This document shows positions 11,123 to 24,100 of a stretch of DNA of 64,000 nt, one piece after another; the stretch's first letter is position 1; each line of letters starts with the position of its first letter. The DNA comes from a virus (taxonomy: Duplodnaviria > Caudoviricetes), in IMG/VR virus record IMGVR_UViG_3300028591_000164, positions 1-64,000 of that record; one strand, written 5' to 3'. Both the position numbers and the translations under genes were made by a program. The notes below the pieces were generated by a model. That model was not told the DNA's origin. It saw nothing but the letters and a program-made list of their open reading frames with translations, and ran no database searches.

Positions 11123-12034
11123 ATGATTGATTAGTATTCTGGTGTAAAAGAATTATATGAAGTTGTATTGCGCGCGAAAACGCCAATGCAATTTGGTTCT
11201 AGATATATAGAAGCCGAAGAACCAGTTTTATATTTTGAGAATATTAGTATGGCCCTTATTTCTGAAAAAAATAATACTATTATGGCGCGTGGTGGCTGGG
11301 CTAATATGCCACGAGTTATATGGGAAGATAGATCAGAAGTTAGTTTTACTATGTCAGAAGGTGTTATGTCCGCGATTAGTATGAGCATATTATTAAGCGC
11401 GAATGTGACGACATAGCGAGAAGATGAACCGCTTTATGTAAATAAGCGAGAAGGGCCATTTACATTAACAGAAAAAGCTTTTGTTGAGTTAGATGAAAAT
11501 GGAGAGGAAGTAGAAAAAGAACGTCATATTCTTAAACTTTCTCATTAGCCAATATATTATCCAACTAAAAAAATGTTTATTTTTGAATACGATCGTGATG
11601 TTGCGTAGAAAAAAGTTTATGGAAAAGAGTTGGGTAAAGATGAATTAGGAAACGTTTATATGGCAGTTTGTGAAGATAAAGAATTAAATATAAACGCGGA
11701 TATTAATAAAGAATACCTAGTGGATTACTACTATGAATATGGAAAGAAAGCGTTAATCTATGCTATATAGAAAGAACGCTTTAATGGATTATTCACTCTT
11801 GAGGGTAAGTTTTACTCCAAGGATGAAAACGAGGGCATTAATCGTACAAATATCTTGTACATGCCTAAGGTGAGAATTGTGAGCGATATTAATTTACGCT
11901 TGGGAGAAAGGGCTGATCCAACAGTATCGGTATTCAATATTATCGGTTTACCGGAAACGACTACCGATAAAAAGAACATGATTCTAGAAATCACTCGTTT
12001 AGACGAGGACATAGATGATGATGAATTAATTTGA
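11123..12034 (+). CDS. Second, paralogous tail-tube-like protein (303 aa, TAG=Gln)
   Basis: One frame through 5 TAGs to TGA; N- and C-terminal blocks align by eye with 10072-11052. Confidence 0.7.
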
Positions 12035-12074
12035 GCCATCCTTTAATGCGTAATTAAAGGGTGGCTCTTTTTTT
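12033..12074 (+). terminator. Intrinsic terminator before tape measure gene
   Basis: GAGCCATCCTTTAAT-GCGTA-ATTAAAGGGTGGCTC followed by T7. Confidence 0.7.
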
Positions 12075-12101
12075 ATTTGAGAAAAAGGAGTGTGAAAATA
12101 A

Positions 12102-15100
12102 ATGGCTAATGAACAGACTGTACGCATTCCAATAAATTTGGAAGTCGTTGATTCGTCTATAAAAAACATTTAGGATATTTTATCTAAAATGAAGCCAGAT
12201 ACAGCAGGCTTTAGACAATTATCTAAAATCTTAGATGAATTAGTTAAGTCTTCTGGAAAGGTTCAGACAGCTTTTGATCGCGGCTTTAGTTCTAATGCAG
12301 AATTGAAGGCGGCTGAAAAAGAGATTCGTACTATGGAAGGCGCGATGAGAAGTCTTGAATAGCTGAGTAAAAGTATTAGTTTTAAAGATTTAAAACTAGA
12401 TGCTAATTAGCAAAAAACTTTTGATGAATTAGAAAGAAAATTAAAAATAGCTCAATCACATTATAGTGATTTGGTAAAATCTTTTGATTCTAAGGATAAT
12501 GCGCAGGCTATTCAATTAATTGATAAAGATTTATCAAAAAAGAGTATTGAAGAAATTGAGAGTACACTTACCGCGGCTGTAAATCGAATGAAGGCTTAGC
12601 TTGCAGCATTACAAACCGCGACATAGGGTATTGGAGATAAGTTTAAAGATTTAAATGAGTCTAAAAAGAACGGTACTTATAAAACTGGAGATGCTTTAAA
12701 AAATATTTTAGGCGATGATATTTTTAATAAATTCTTTTAGACTAAGGGAAAAAATAATATTTTTAGTTTTAAGTCTTAGGGTGCAGGAACAATTGCTAAA
12801 GACGCATTTATTAATTATTTAAAAGATGCTTTTACCTTAACAGAAGAAGATATAAAGAAGATTCGTGATAGTAGTAATGCGGCAGATATTGAAAAGATTT
12901 TTTCTAACCAAGATACTGTAAAGGGTCTTTTTAAAGCTGGTAAACAGAATACACAAAATTATACTAATACTTATTCTTCTTTAGGAGAGCAGTTATAGCA
13001 AGTAAAAGCTGAAATGGGAACCGCTGGGGAAGATATGGAGAAATTTTAGGAGAATATGTTAAAAACCAGTGAAGCTTCTCCATAGCTAACCGCAGCTTTT
13101 GCTTCATTAATGGGTGTTTTACCTAATTTAAAAACTAATCTAGATGGTGCTGGTCAAAGCTTAGAGCGTTTTAGTAAATAGCAGCAAATGATTAGTAGTA
13201 TCAAGAGCATGGCCGACAGGTTCTTAGGATTATATTAGATTATTGGATATATTAAAAAAGGTTGGCATGAAATGACAACCACCATAAAAGAATTAGATAC
13301 AGTTATGAATGGTATTTCTATCGTAACTAAAATGTCTACTTCTGATTTATGGGATTAGGTGGATGTATATAGCGCAATGGCGCAAAAATATGGAACTTCT
13401 ATTAAGGGCGCTTATGAAGTTTCTCGTATTTATTATCAGCAAGGTTTGGAAACCAAAGATGTAATGACCTTAACAGAAGAAACATTAAAATTATCTAAAA
13501 TTTCTGGACTTGATTATGCGACAACAACTGACTACATGACAACTGCATTACGTGGCTTTAAGATGGAAATGCAAGACGCGGCTACGGTTGTAGACGTTTA
13601 TAGTAATTTGGCTGCCAATACAGCTGTATCATAGCAAGAACTTGCACAAGCTATGACACGTACAGCTTCTTCTATGGAATCTGTTGGTGCGACATTTGAA
13701 GAGACTTCTGCCATGATTGCTACAATGGTCGCGGTTACTCGTGAAAGTGCAAGCAATATTGGTAGCGCTATGAAATCTATTGCTTCTCGTTATGGTGAAT
13801 TGACTAAAGATCCTTCTAAATTAATTGATTCTGAAGGGGAAGAAATGAGTTTTAACAAGGTTGATGCTGCATTGAAATCTATTGGTATTTCTATGCAAAC
13901 TTCAGATCATCAATTTAGAGATTTCACTGACGTTATCCTTGAATTATCTGATGCTTGGAACACTTTAAGTTCTACGCAACAGCGTTATGTTGCCACACAA
14001 TTTGCTGGTAATAGATAGCAATCTCGTTTCTTAGCATTAGTTTCTAATGGATAGTTATTACGTGAAAATTTGGCTGTAGCGAATAATAGTGAAGATGTTG
14101 GTACTACATAGACATTAAAGGCGCTTGATAGTATTGAAACTAAAATTACGTAGGTAACTAATGCTTGGCAACAATTTTATTTGAATGTTGGATTAGAAGA
14201 TTTATGGAAAGGCGCATTAACTGGTATTACCAATATTTTAAATACATTAAATGAAATGCCGAAAGTATTCGGAAAATTACCAATTGCTGCAATTGGAGTG
14301 GTAACAAATGCTATTACTACAATTCGTTCTCTTATAAATATAGCTATTACAGATATTTCACGAACTGTAGTAAACGCTGCCCGTTCAACTGGAACAGAAG
14401 CATCTACTGCTATGGAGCAGGGAATACGGACAGGACAAGTAAAAATAACAAAAGCTTTTTCTGATGTATTTACTAATTTTAAATTAAATAAACAGCTTAG
14501 ATGGTCTTAGCTTAATCCAGAATCTTGGGAAGGGGTTGAAAATAGTGCCAGTAAAGTTGCCACAGCTATTGGAAGCGCAGCGTCTTTTGCTTCTTTGTTT
14601 GCTCTTTCATTAAACAATGGTACTGAATCTGCGAAAGCACTATCTGGTACTGTTAGTGCTTTAAGTGGAGCCGTATAGGCTGGCACTGGAATATTTTAGT
14701 TTTTTGCATTAAAAGATCCTCGCGGTATATTAAATATTTTTTCTGGAATTATGACATTCATAGGTGGTATAACAACCGCCATAGAGACTCCTGCCGAACG
14801 TTTAGAACGTTTAACAAAAGAGGCCGAAGAATTAAATAATACAGCAAAGCAATTAAAAACAGAAGAAAAAAATGCTGATAATTTAATTAAAAAATGGCAA
14901 CAATTAGAATAGACTTAGTATGACAGTGAAGAAGCCGCGAAAGAATTTTAGGAGGCTTCTAATAAATTAGCTGAAGCTTTCCCGCAATTAATATCTGGAT
15001 TTGACGAAGCTGGTAATGCTATTATTGATAGCAGCAATTTAGAGGGTGTTCTCGCAGCCGCTAGACGTAAAACTGCGGAAGCTACATTAGAAGCGGCTGA

Positions 15101-18100
15101 AGCCGAACGTAAAAAATAGAAAGAAAAAGTAGAATAGACTTAGAAAGATGTAGAAGAAAAAGCTAGGATATCAATCGCAAGTAATGGAGCTACAGCCAAA
15201 GCTGGAATGAGCGGATGGAGAAATTTAGGCTGGTATGAACTTTTAGATAATGAAGTTGTAATGGATAAAGTGGGAGCGGATGTTTTATCTATAGCAGCCA
15301 AAGAACAAGATGACTTATCTATGATTAGTCATATTGTTAAACAAGTAATAGCTGATGGCGCCTCTGGGGCTAATTTATCGTTAGCGGCTGGTGAAAACTT
15401 TTCTAGTTATCAAGCAGTTCAAGAATTCTATAAGACATTAAATGAAGAAGATCCGTTACGTATCATATTAGATTCTTACTTTAAATTTAATACTTAGGGA
15501 TTAGATACCATTTATAATTAGTATAAAGATGCTATAGAATAGAAAGACTATGCCACCGCCGCGCAATATGGTGAAAGTTTTATTAGTGCTTATTCTAAAG
15601 CAAGTGAATCATAGCAAGAATTATGGGAATTAGTTAATACGAATATTACTGATTTTGTTACGGAATATTAGGATCTTTTACAGACCGAATATGCTTTCGC
15701 ATCAGCGGAAAATTCCGTAATGAGGGCACAAATTGATTAGAAAATGGGCCTAAAGGCAACAGATTCTAAATATAATAATTTAATTAATTTAGTAACTGCT
15801 AATGCGAATAGATCATTTCATAATTAGAATAAATATAAAACTCCATAGGAATATATTGAATCATTAAGTCCAGCGGAAAGCCCAATAACTATTTTAAATA
15901 GTATTATTGACGATATGTCTGGTTGGAGTGAAACTCAATTTTCTACATTAAATACTGCGTTAAAAGATACTACTCATTATGGTAGTGTATCAGAATTACG
16001 ATCTATATTAGGAGAAGATTTTATCTTACCAGAGCAATTAGAAAATCAATTAAATGATTATTATACCGAAACAGCTCAAGAAGTACAAAAAACAGCAACT
16101 GCACAATTAAAATCATTAAAAACAAGTGATTCTAAAAATGCTCAATATTATTAGACATTGTTTGGAGAAGCAGGAGATCAAATTTCTACTGAATTTAATT
16201 CTTCTTTAGAATTAGGAATTGCTAATTAGTTAACAAAAGCAATAAAAGTTTTTCATACTGATGCTGATTTAGAAGAGATGGGTAATCTTGGCGCGACAAT
16301 AATTCAATACGCTGATTAGGTACCAATTGCTTTAGCAGATTCAATGAAGACGATGGGCTTTTCATCTGTGGAACAAATTGATAGTTATCTTACATAGCTA
16401 AAAACATTACGTGATAATGATCAAATTACAGATTAGACCTATACTGCATTAAGTCAAGCTTTAATAGACTTTAGAGAAAATTTAGTAAATAATCTCTCTT
16501 TAACAATTCAATCAACGATTAGTGGATTAGATAAATCTTTAGATACTGCAATCTCTGATATGGATAAGCTTCAATCTGGCATGGGATTTGAAGACGCAGC
16601 AAAAATGATTACTAAATTAAATGGATACCTTAAAGAAGGTGAAAAAAAATTTAATTTAGATACAGATTTTACTTTTGATGGTAAAAAATTCAGTATTACT
16701 GCGGACGCTTGGAACAGAGCTTATACTGCGATTTAGACCAATTTAACTGAACAAAAACAAAAGATTACAGATGATATTCAACAATATTCAATATTTGCAG
16801 ATAAGATAGCAGGAAAGGACCTTGATTGGCTTAATAGTGACAATTAGGCAGAAGATTTAAAACAATTCCGTACTCTCGCTGAGAATTTATTAGGAAAAGA
16901 TGTGGCGGCAGGATATTTTGGTGACGATGGTAAAATTAAAATAGAAACTGCTACTGAATTAGCTACTAAATTAACAAAAGCTGGTGCGACATTAGATGAA
17001 TAGTGGCAATCTTATGAAAATCGTTTAGCATATCTTGATGATTATAATGCACAAATACAATTAAGTTTCCAGCGTTAGGATACCGCATTTAAAAATTTAT
17101 TTAGTAATCCAAAAGATATATCAGTTGCGAATGTAGTAGAATTTGGTAAAAAATTTGATTTAGGTAAATCATATTCAGAAATAATAACAAGTGGTTTATT
17201 TACAATTACAAATGGTATTATTTCTATGTCTGCTTATTAGATGAAGCAAGCATTAGATGAACATGGCAAACAATTATCAGTTGAAAGTAGAAATAACTTA
17301 TAGGCAATGATTGATGCTCAATTTAAATCTGAACGTGGTTTTACTGCCGCGACCAATATTATGTCTAACTGGAGTGGCACTATTACTGATGATATGTTAC
17401 TTGCTTGGGCAAATGCTACTGGACAAGAGTTAAAAGATGTATAGAATTAGTTTATACAAGTTGGCGTTGGTAAGTGGGCCGGTGATGGAGATTTAAAGGC
17501 TTGGATTGAATCTAATGGATAGTAGTATAATCCAGATGCGGAGAAAACTTATGGTAAGTATTTAGAAACTTAGCGTAATGCAATTAACAGCACTTGGGAA
17601 TCTGTTATTAAGAGTCTTGACGGCGGTATATAGCGTATTGAAAAGAATATTAATACTGACGATTTCTTTGAAAAAAATAAACCATAGCTAGAAGCTTTTG
17701 GTATTAAAGTTTCTGAAGAATTTGGTTATTGGGTTATTGATGGCTTTGCAGGAAATACTGAATAGATTATAGAATATTTAAGTGAAGATAAGAACTTCCC
17801 GGATATGGACGCTAGTAAACGTGCGTCATTAATTGAATCGGTTACTAAAGGAAGTCTAGTCTCTGTTGTAAATTCAGTAGTTAAAAATGCTCAATCTGTT
17901 TCTGCTAGTACGGCTGAGTAGTTGGCTAAGATTTTATAGGTCGGCGATATTGCTGATTTAAAGGCATTGGGAGTAATTCATTGGGATGATAAAACTCAAA
18001 CTTATGTTGCCAATTTAAGTGAATTGTACAAGGTTCTTGGTGAAATGGAAAAGAATCTTGGTGATACATAGTAGAAAAATAATATAGAAGAATTACGTAA

Positions 18101-21100
18101 ACAAATTAAAGAAACATAGTTAGATACTTTGTCTACTGAAATTAAGTCCACAACAAGTGGCATTAAAGATGGTTTTAGTACTTATGCGGATGCCGCGGCA
18201 GTATTAAAAACTATGAATCAAAATGTACAAAAGACTGCCGATGGAAAATAGGTAGATTTAGAATTTAGTGATTTATTTGAATGGAATGCATAGTTAAATA
18301 AATATGTATATAGCTTAGATGGAATTGCTACTAGATTTTCTTATTTAAAGATTTAGCTTGATTAGGCAACTGCTGAACAAGATGTTAGTGAGATTGACCG
18401 CATTAATAAAGAAATAACCGCTTCATTAAAAGAAATTGGGCAATCGGTTGATTTAATGAAGGCGTTTTCTATTTCTGGTACAACCTAGGAGCAAGCAAAA
18501 GCTAGATAGGATATTGCTAATGAAGTTGATAAATATAATGCCGCGGCTTCTTAGATTGAAGGTGCGAAAGTTATTTCACAAGACTTATTAAATTTAGCTC
18601 TTGATGGTAGTATTTTTGCTTTAGATACTATATATACAACATTGGGTCAAACATTAACGGCTGAGAACGTGAAGACAGTTCGTGCTGCTAAATCATCTAA
18701 GATAAAGACAGCTGCTGAAGCGCTTAATGCTGGCGTTGGAACTGTAATTGATTAGACAACAAGAGAATTAATTGGAAGTGCTGCTAATTTTTAGTCTATC
18801 GGTGCAGGAATGAGTGTTATTACTTATATTAAGGACCTTGAACAAGCACAATATAATTTATATAATGCTTTAAAAGAAACAAATCAAGCAACTGCACAAG
18901 AATTAAATGAAGCGGCATTAAGAGTACTACAAGCTCGTTATCAATCTGAAGATACTGGTTTAAGCTTATTATAGAATGGCGCGAGCATGAGTATTGAATA
19001 GTTTGCCGGTTTTATGGAAAAATTAGGATTACAAATTGGTGATCTTGATAATTTTATAAGCACTGCTAATGATTATATTGAACGTATTGGTGGATCTAAC
19101 ATTAGAATCTATGATATGGTTGGTTTGTTAAGTAAGTATGGTTTAAGCCCAGATAGTTCTGAATTAGGTAGACAATATTATAGCGCTTGGTTAGATTCTA
19201 TAATTTCCGCGGGCAATAAAGCTAAAGAGGATGCATTAAAAGTAATTACTACTTTATAGTCTGCTTCTGGTGGCGATTAGATTAATGCTTTCGGTATTAC
19301 TCGTTTAACTATTACTGACGAATTAGAAGCATAGTTAAATGAATTTGGTGCTATATTTGAAAATGGTATGATTACTCTTGCAAAAAATGCAGATATACCT
19401 AGTATCATTAGTCTATTATTACAATATGCTCAAAATAAAGATTTAATTAGTGCCGATGACGCGGCGGAAGCGGTTGCAAAAACTATTACTAAAGATTAGG
19501 CAGCAACAACATTAGCATAGAATTATAATAAAGCTTCTATGGAAATGTTGAAAAATTTTGCGCGTGCAACTGGTATTGGATTAGAGCGTGTAGTGGCGAT
19601 ATTTAAGGATAATGGCAATGGCACATATAGTGGAGAAATTCCATTAGAAGATTTTGTTGAATTAATGGGATTAAAAGATACAACCGCAGGAAAGGAAATT
19701 TTACGTGCTTATGCTGAATCTTAGCGTAACGTATTAAGTAATTTTGTTTCTACCAGTATAACATCCATTACAAAAGGTACATAGAGAATTGCGATTACAG
19801 ATGAAAATCGTGAACTTCTTGTTAAATTAGCTGAAAAATATGGCGGTTATATGGAAGAAGGTGTTGGTGAATACTTAATTACTGTTACAGAAGAAACTGC
19901 TGGTGGTTTTATTGAATCTATTTTAAATGATCCTGATTTAACTTCATATGAGAAAGGCGAAGCCGTTACTTAGGTTAGAAATGGTTTAAAATAGACCGGA
20001 TTACATAATCTACTTACTACAATGGCTTCTAATTATGAAGATATTCCATTTAATATACTAAATTCAGTTGCAGATTAGTTGGGTATAGGCGTTGAGCAAT
20101 TATATGCTGAAAACGGACCTGTCAAATTTAATGGAGCAACTTAGAAATATTCTACTTCACTTCAAGATTTATATCATTTTACTGAATAGTTATTAGATGA
20201 AGGTTCTATTAGTATTGATACCGCTAGTGCTGTATTTAAATAGATTGACGATGCATTTGGTAATTTAACTCCAGAAAAACTATTTGGTACTTTTATATCT
20301 AGTAATGGCTCTATAACAAATGAAGTAATTACTACATTTGTTGAAGGATGGAATAAAATTGCTGATGATTATTCTAAAATCGCTGCAGAAGATATTAGTC
20401 AGTTCGTAGTGGATGGAGAAATAGATACATCTACTATATTAGGATTAATGGAAACATTTTAGGTTGAGATGGATGAAACCATTGCTAAATAGTTAAAGAC
20501 TAAATTTGATTCTTATGTGACTGAAGTAAATGGTTTAGCATCTGAAATAACAGGTGGTTTTACCGACGTCGCTAAAATGGGAACTATTTTAAAACAAGTC
20601 AATAGAAGATTTAGCCGTTCAGATGGTTCAGCATTAGAATTTGATGATTTATTTGAATACAATGAAGAATTAAATAAATATGTTTATACCAGCACTGGTG
20701 TGGTAACTCGTATTCGTTCATTAAAACTTGGTTTAAGTGAAATTGCTGTTGGAACTAAAGAATATGATGAAGCATTGGTCAATTTTGATTTGGCAATGAA
20801 GCAATTCGGAATTTAGTTACATGAAATAGGCAATAATATTGATTTAATGAGTATTGCTACAGCGGCTCCTGGATCAATTGAATTATAGAAAGCGGTTGAA
20901 AAGGCGCAAAGTGATTTATAGACATATAATACAGTCGCGGCAGAATTAGGTGAGACATTAATTGGGTCATTTAATTTTGATTAGCTTGCAGAGGGTGGTC
21001 TTGCCGCGGTTTAGTTAATGCAAGCTTTATATGAGAGTCTTGGTCGTGAGTTATCTACTGATGAAATTAAAAAGGTTTATCAGGGAGAAGTTAATAATTT

Positions 21101-24100
21101 ATTTTCTGCTATGGAAAATCTTTAGAAAGTAACCAAAGGCGGATTAATAGATAAAACTACTTATGAATTAGGTTAGACAGCTGGATTATTAACTGCTACA
21201 GAAATTGGTAATACTGGCATTTATGAAGTTACTTCTGTTGCTTATGAAAATTTAGCATAGGCTTATCAGAATTTATATTCTTCCTTAAAGGCAAGTGGAG
21301 AAGCAACCGCAGAATAGTTAAATTAGATTGCTTTAAAGATTTGGGGCAGTTATGGTTCTAAAGAATAGACAATTATTAGTTCTTTAAGTTCAGCAACAGG
21401 TATGACTTTTGAGCAATTTGGTACTATGCTTACTGAGTTAGGCATTGAGCTTACTGATAATACTATTGGAGAATATGCTGAGTATTTAACTTCCGTTGGT
21501 GGAAATAAATTAGTTATTTCTGATTTTAAGGGATTGATGGATAAACTTGGTTTTGATTCTACTTCAGAAGAATATCAAAAAGCATATAGTCAATATATTA
21601 CATCATTAATTTCTTGGAATAATGAAGCAAATAGTAGAGTTGAAACCGCGATTTCAAATTTACAAAATGCTAAAGTTGGAGATTAGATTAATGTTTATGA
21701 TCTAGTTGGCGATTTAGAGATAAGTAATGAAGAGTTAGGCTATAGTATTAAAAATGGCATTTTAACAATTACTAAAGGAATGAATATTCCTGAAATAATT
21801 ACTGCTGTTTTAGCTACTGCTGATACTAAAATAACTGCTGATTAGAAATATTTAGCAGAACGTATGGCGAACGAATCTAGCATACAATAGCTTTGGTTAG
21901 ATATTGGTAAAACTTATGATTCTGTATCATTTGATTTAATTAAAAAGTTAGCTTAGGCTATGGGTGCCACGATTGAAAGTGTTGAAACTACTTTCTTTAC
22001 AAAAAATGCTGATGGCAGTTATGCTGGTAAATATAATATTCAAGATATATTTACATAGTATGGTGTCGATTTAAATTCTCCGGCTGCGCAAGAAGTTTTA
22101 CGTTTATAGATGCAAAATTATAGAGAGGCTGTTGATTCTGTTATTCAAAATGGATTAAATTCTATATCTAATGGAACATAGAGAATTACTAAAAATGCAC
22201 AAACTGAAGCTATTTTTAATGCCGCAATTCAAGAGGGTACAACTTGGATACAAGAGGGCATTGGAGAATATTTAATTAATATAACTAAAGATAATATAAC
22301 ACAATTTGAAGACTTTATTAATAGACAAACAACATTAACAATTAAGTAGAAATCTAATTATCTTGCTCAGGCTCATTAGAATATTGCTGATTAGAATATT
22401 TCTAAAGTATTAAGCAGTATTGTTGGAAATGTTAATTAGGTATCTTACTAGACGGCGAGTGAGTTAGCATTATTATTAGGTAAAGATCTTGAAGAATTAA
22501 CTACTACAATTTCTAGTGGAATTTTTAGTACATCTTCACAAGGAATTTTTAGTAAGTTTAATGAAGATACTCAAAGTTTTGAATTAGATGTAATTGCTTT
22601 TACTGAATGGATTAATACTTATCAAAAGGAATTAGGTATTAGTAGTGCTACTTTAAAGCAATTAAATAGTCAATTAAAACAATATAGTGCTAACGAAGTA
22701 ATTAAGACATTTATTACTAATAGTAGTAATATTACTGATGATATGATTACAAATCTATCTAATATTACTAATTTTAGTGAATAGTAGATTAAAGACCAAA
22801 TATTGAGAAAAGAAGCGGGGCAATATAGGCTATCTTCTAAAGCTGCTTTGCAATTGGCTTAGTTATTTGGTGATGAAGAAAATGGTTTATTAGAAATTTG
22901 GAAAAATACATATTTAGACAATATTTTTAATGGTATTTCTAGTATAGGTGGTAATGTTTTTACTACTTCTTTTGATTATAATGGGTTAAAATAGTTAGTA
23001 TAGGATATTTAGGATTGGACTGGACAAACATTTGATATTTCGCAATTAGCTTCTTATAATTCATAGCTATAGCAATTTGTATTATCTCAAGAAGGTGTTT
23101 TTGCTAAAATTCAATTAGCGCGCGAACAATTAAAGGCAGCGGGAATGGATAGTGATTTAATTGATGATCAAATATAGAGTATGATTGATCAATTTGGTAA
23201 ATCTATAGATTTCTCTAAAGCATTTGATTTTAAAGCAATTGATGCTTCAAGCCAGAAACGTAATATGGCGCAATTGAATGCCAACGCTCAAGCTTATTAT
23301 GAAATGTTATATGCCGCGGGTAATTGGTCAGAGGCTAGTTTATTTAGATATAATTATGAAACTATGTTACAAGGTGGTTAGGCGGGATTAAATGCTGCTT
23401 ATAAAGTATATGAATAGACGGGTCAAGAATTGACTGCTGATATTGCTAAAAAAATATTATAGGCCCCAGTTCAAAAATTATTAGACGGTAAATCTGCGCT
23501 TGATAGTAAAGTTGGAGATGTAATTAGTTCTGAAGCAGCGGCATTAGGTGTCGCCGCGGGTTATTTAGAAGTTAATGAAACTGTTGATGGTTTGGCTCAA
23601 GTAATTAAGATTAATAAAGATAATCTTGATAATGCGTTATGGGCCTATCTTGATGGTATTCAATAGCAAATTGCTAATGGCGTAGAGGGATTAACAGAGG
23701 AATCTAATAATACAATAGTATCTATTTGGGAAGAACGTGCTAAAAAAGATTCTTCTGTTATTAATGCTTTTGATAAAGCTATGGGAATGACTTATAAAGA
23801 GTTTGGTGATATGGCAACAGAAGCTGGCTATACATTAACTGTTGGCTTACTAGACTAGTTTATAGGTGAAGGTATATTAGAAGATATTGGCAATGGAAAG
23901 GTTCGTATTTTAGACTTTGATAAATTTGCTGAAAAAATGGGATATACCGATACTAATTCTGAAGCATATAAAGAAGCAAGAAGTAAATATCGTGATTCAA
24001 TTATTTAGCTAAATAGTCAAACTCGTGATGATGTTTTAAAGAATATTAATGCTGTAAAAGATGCTAAAATTGGTGATTAGATTAATATTTCTGATATTAC

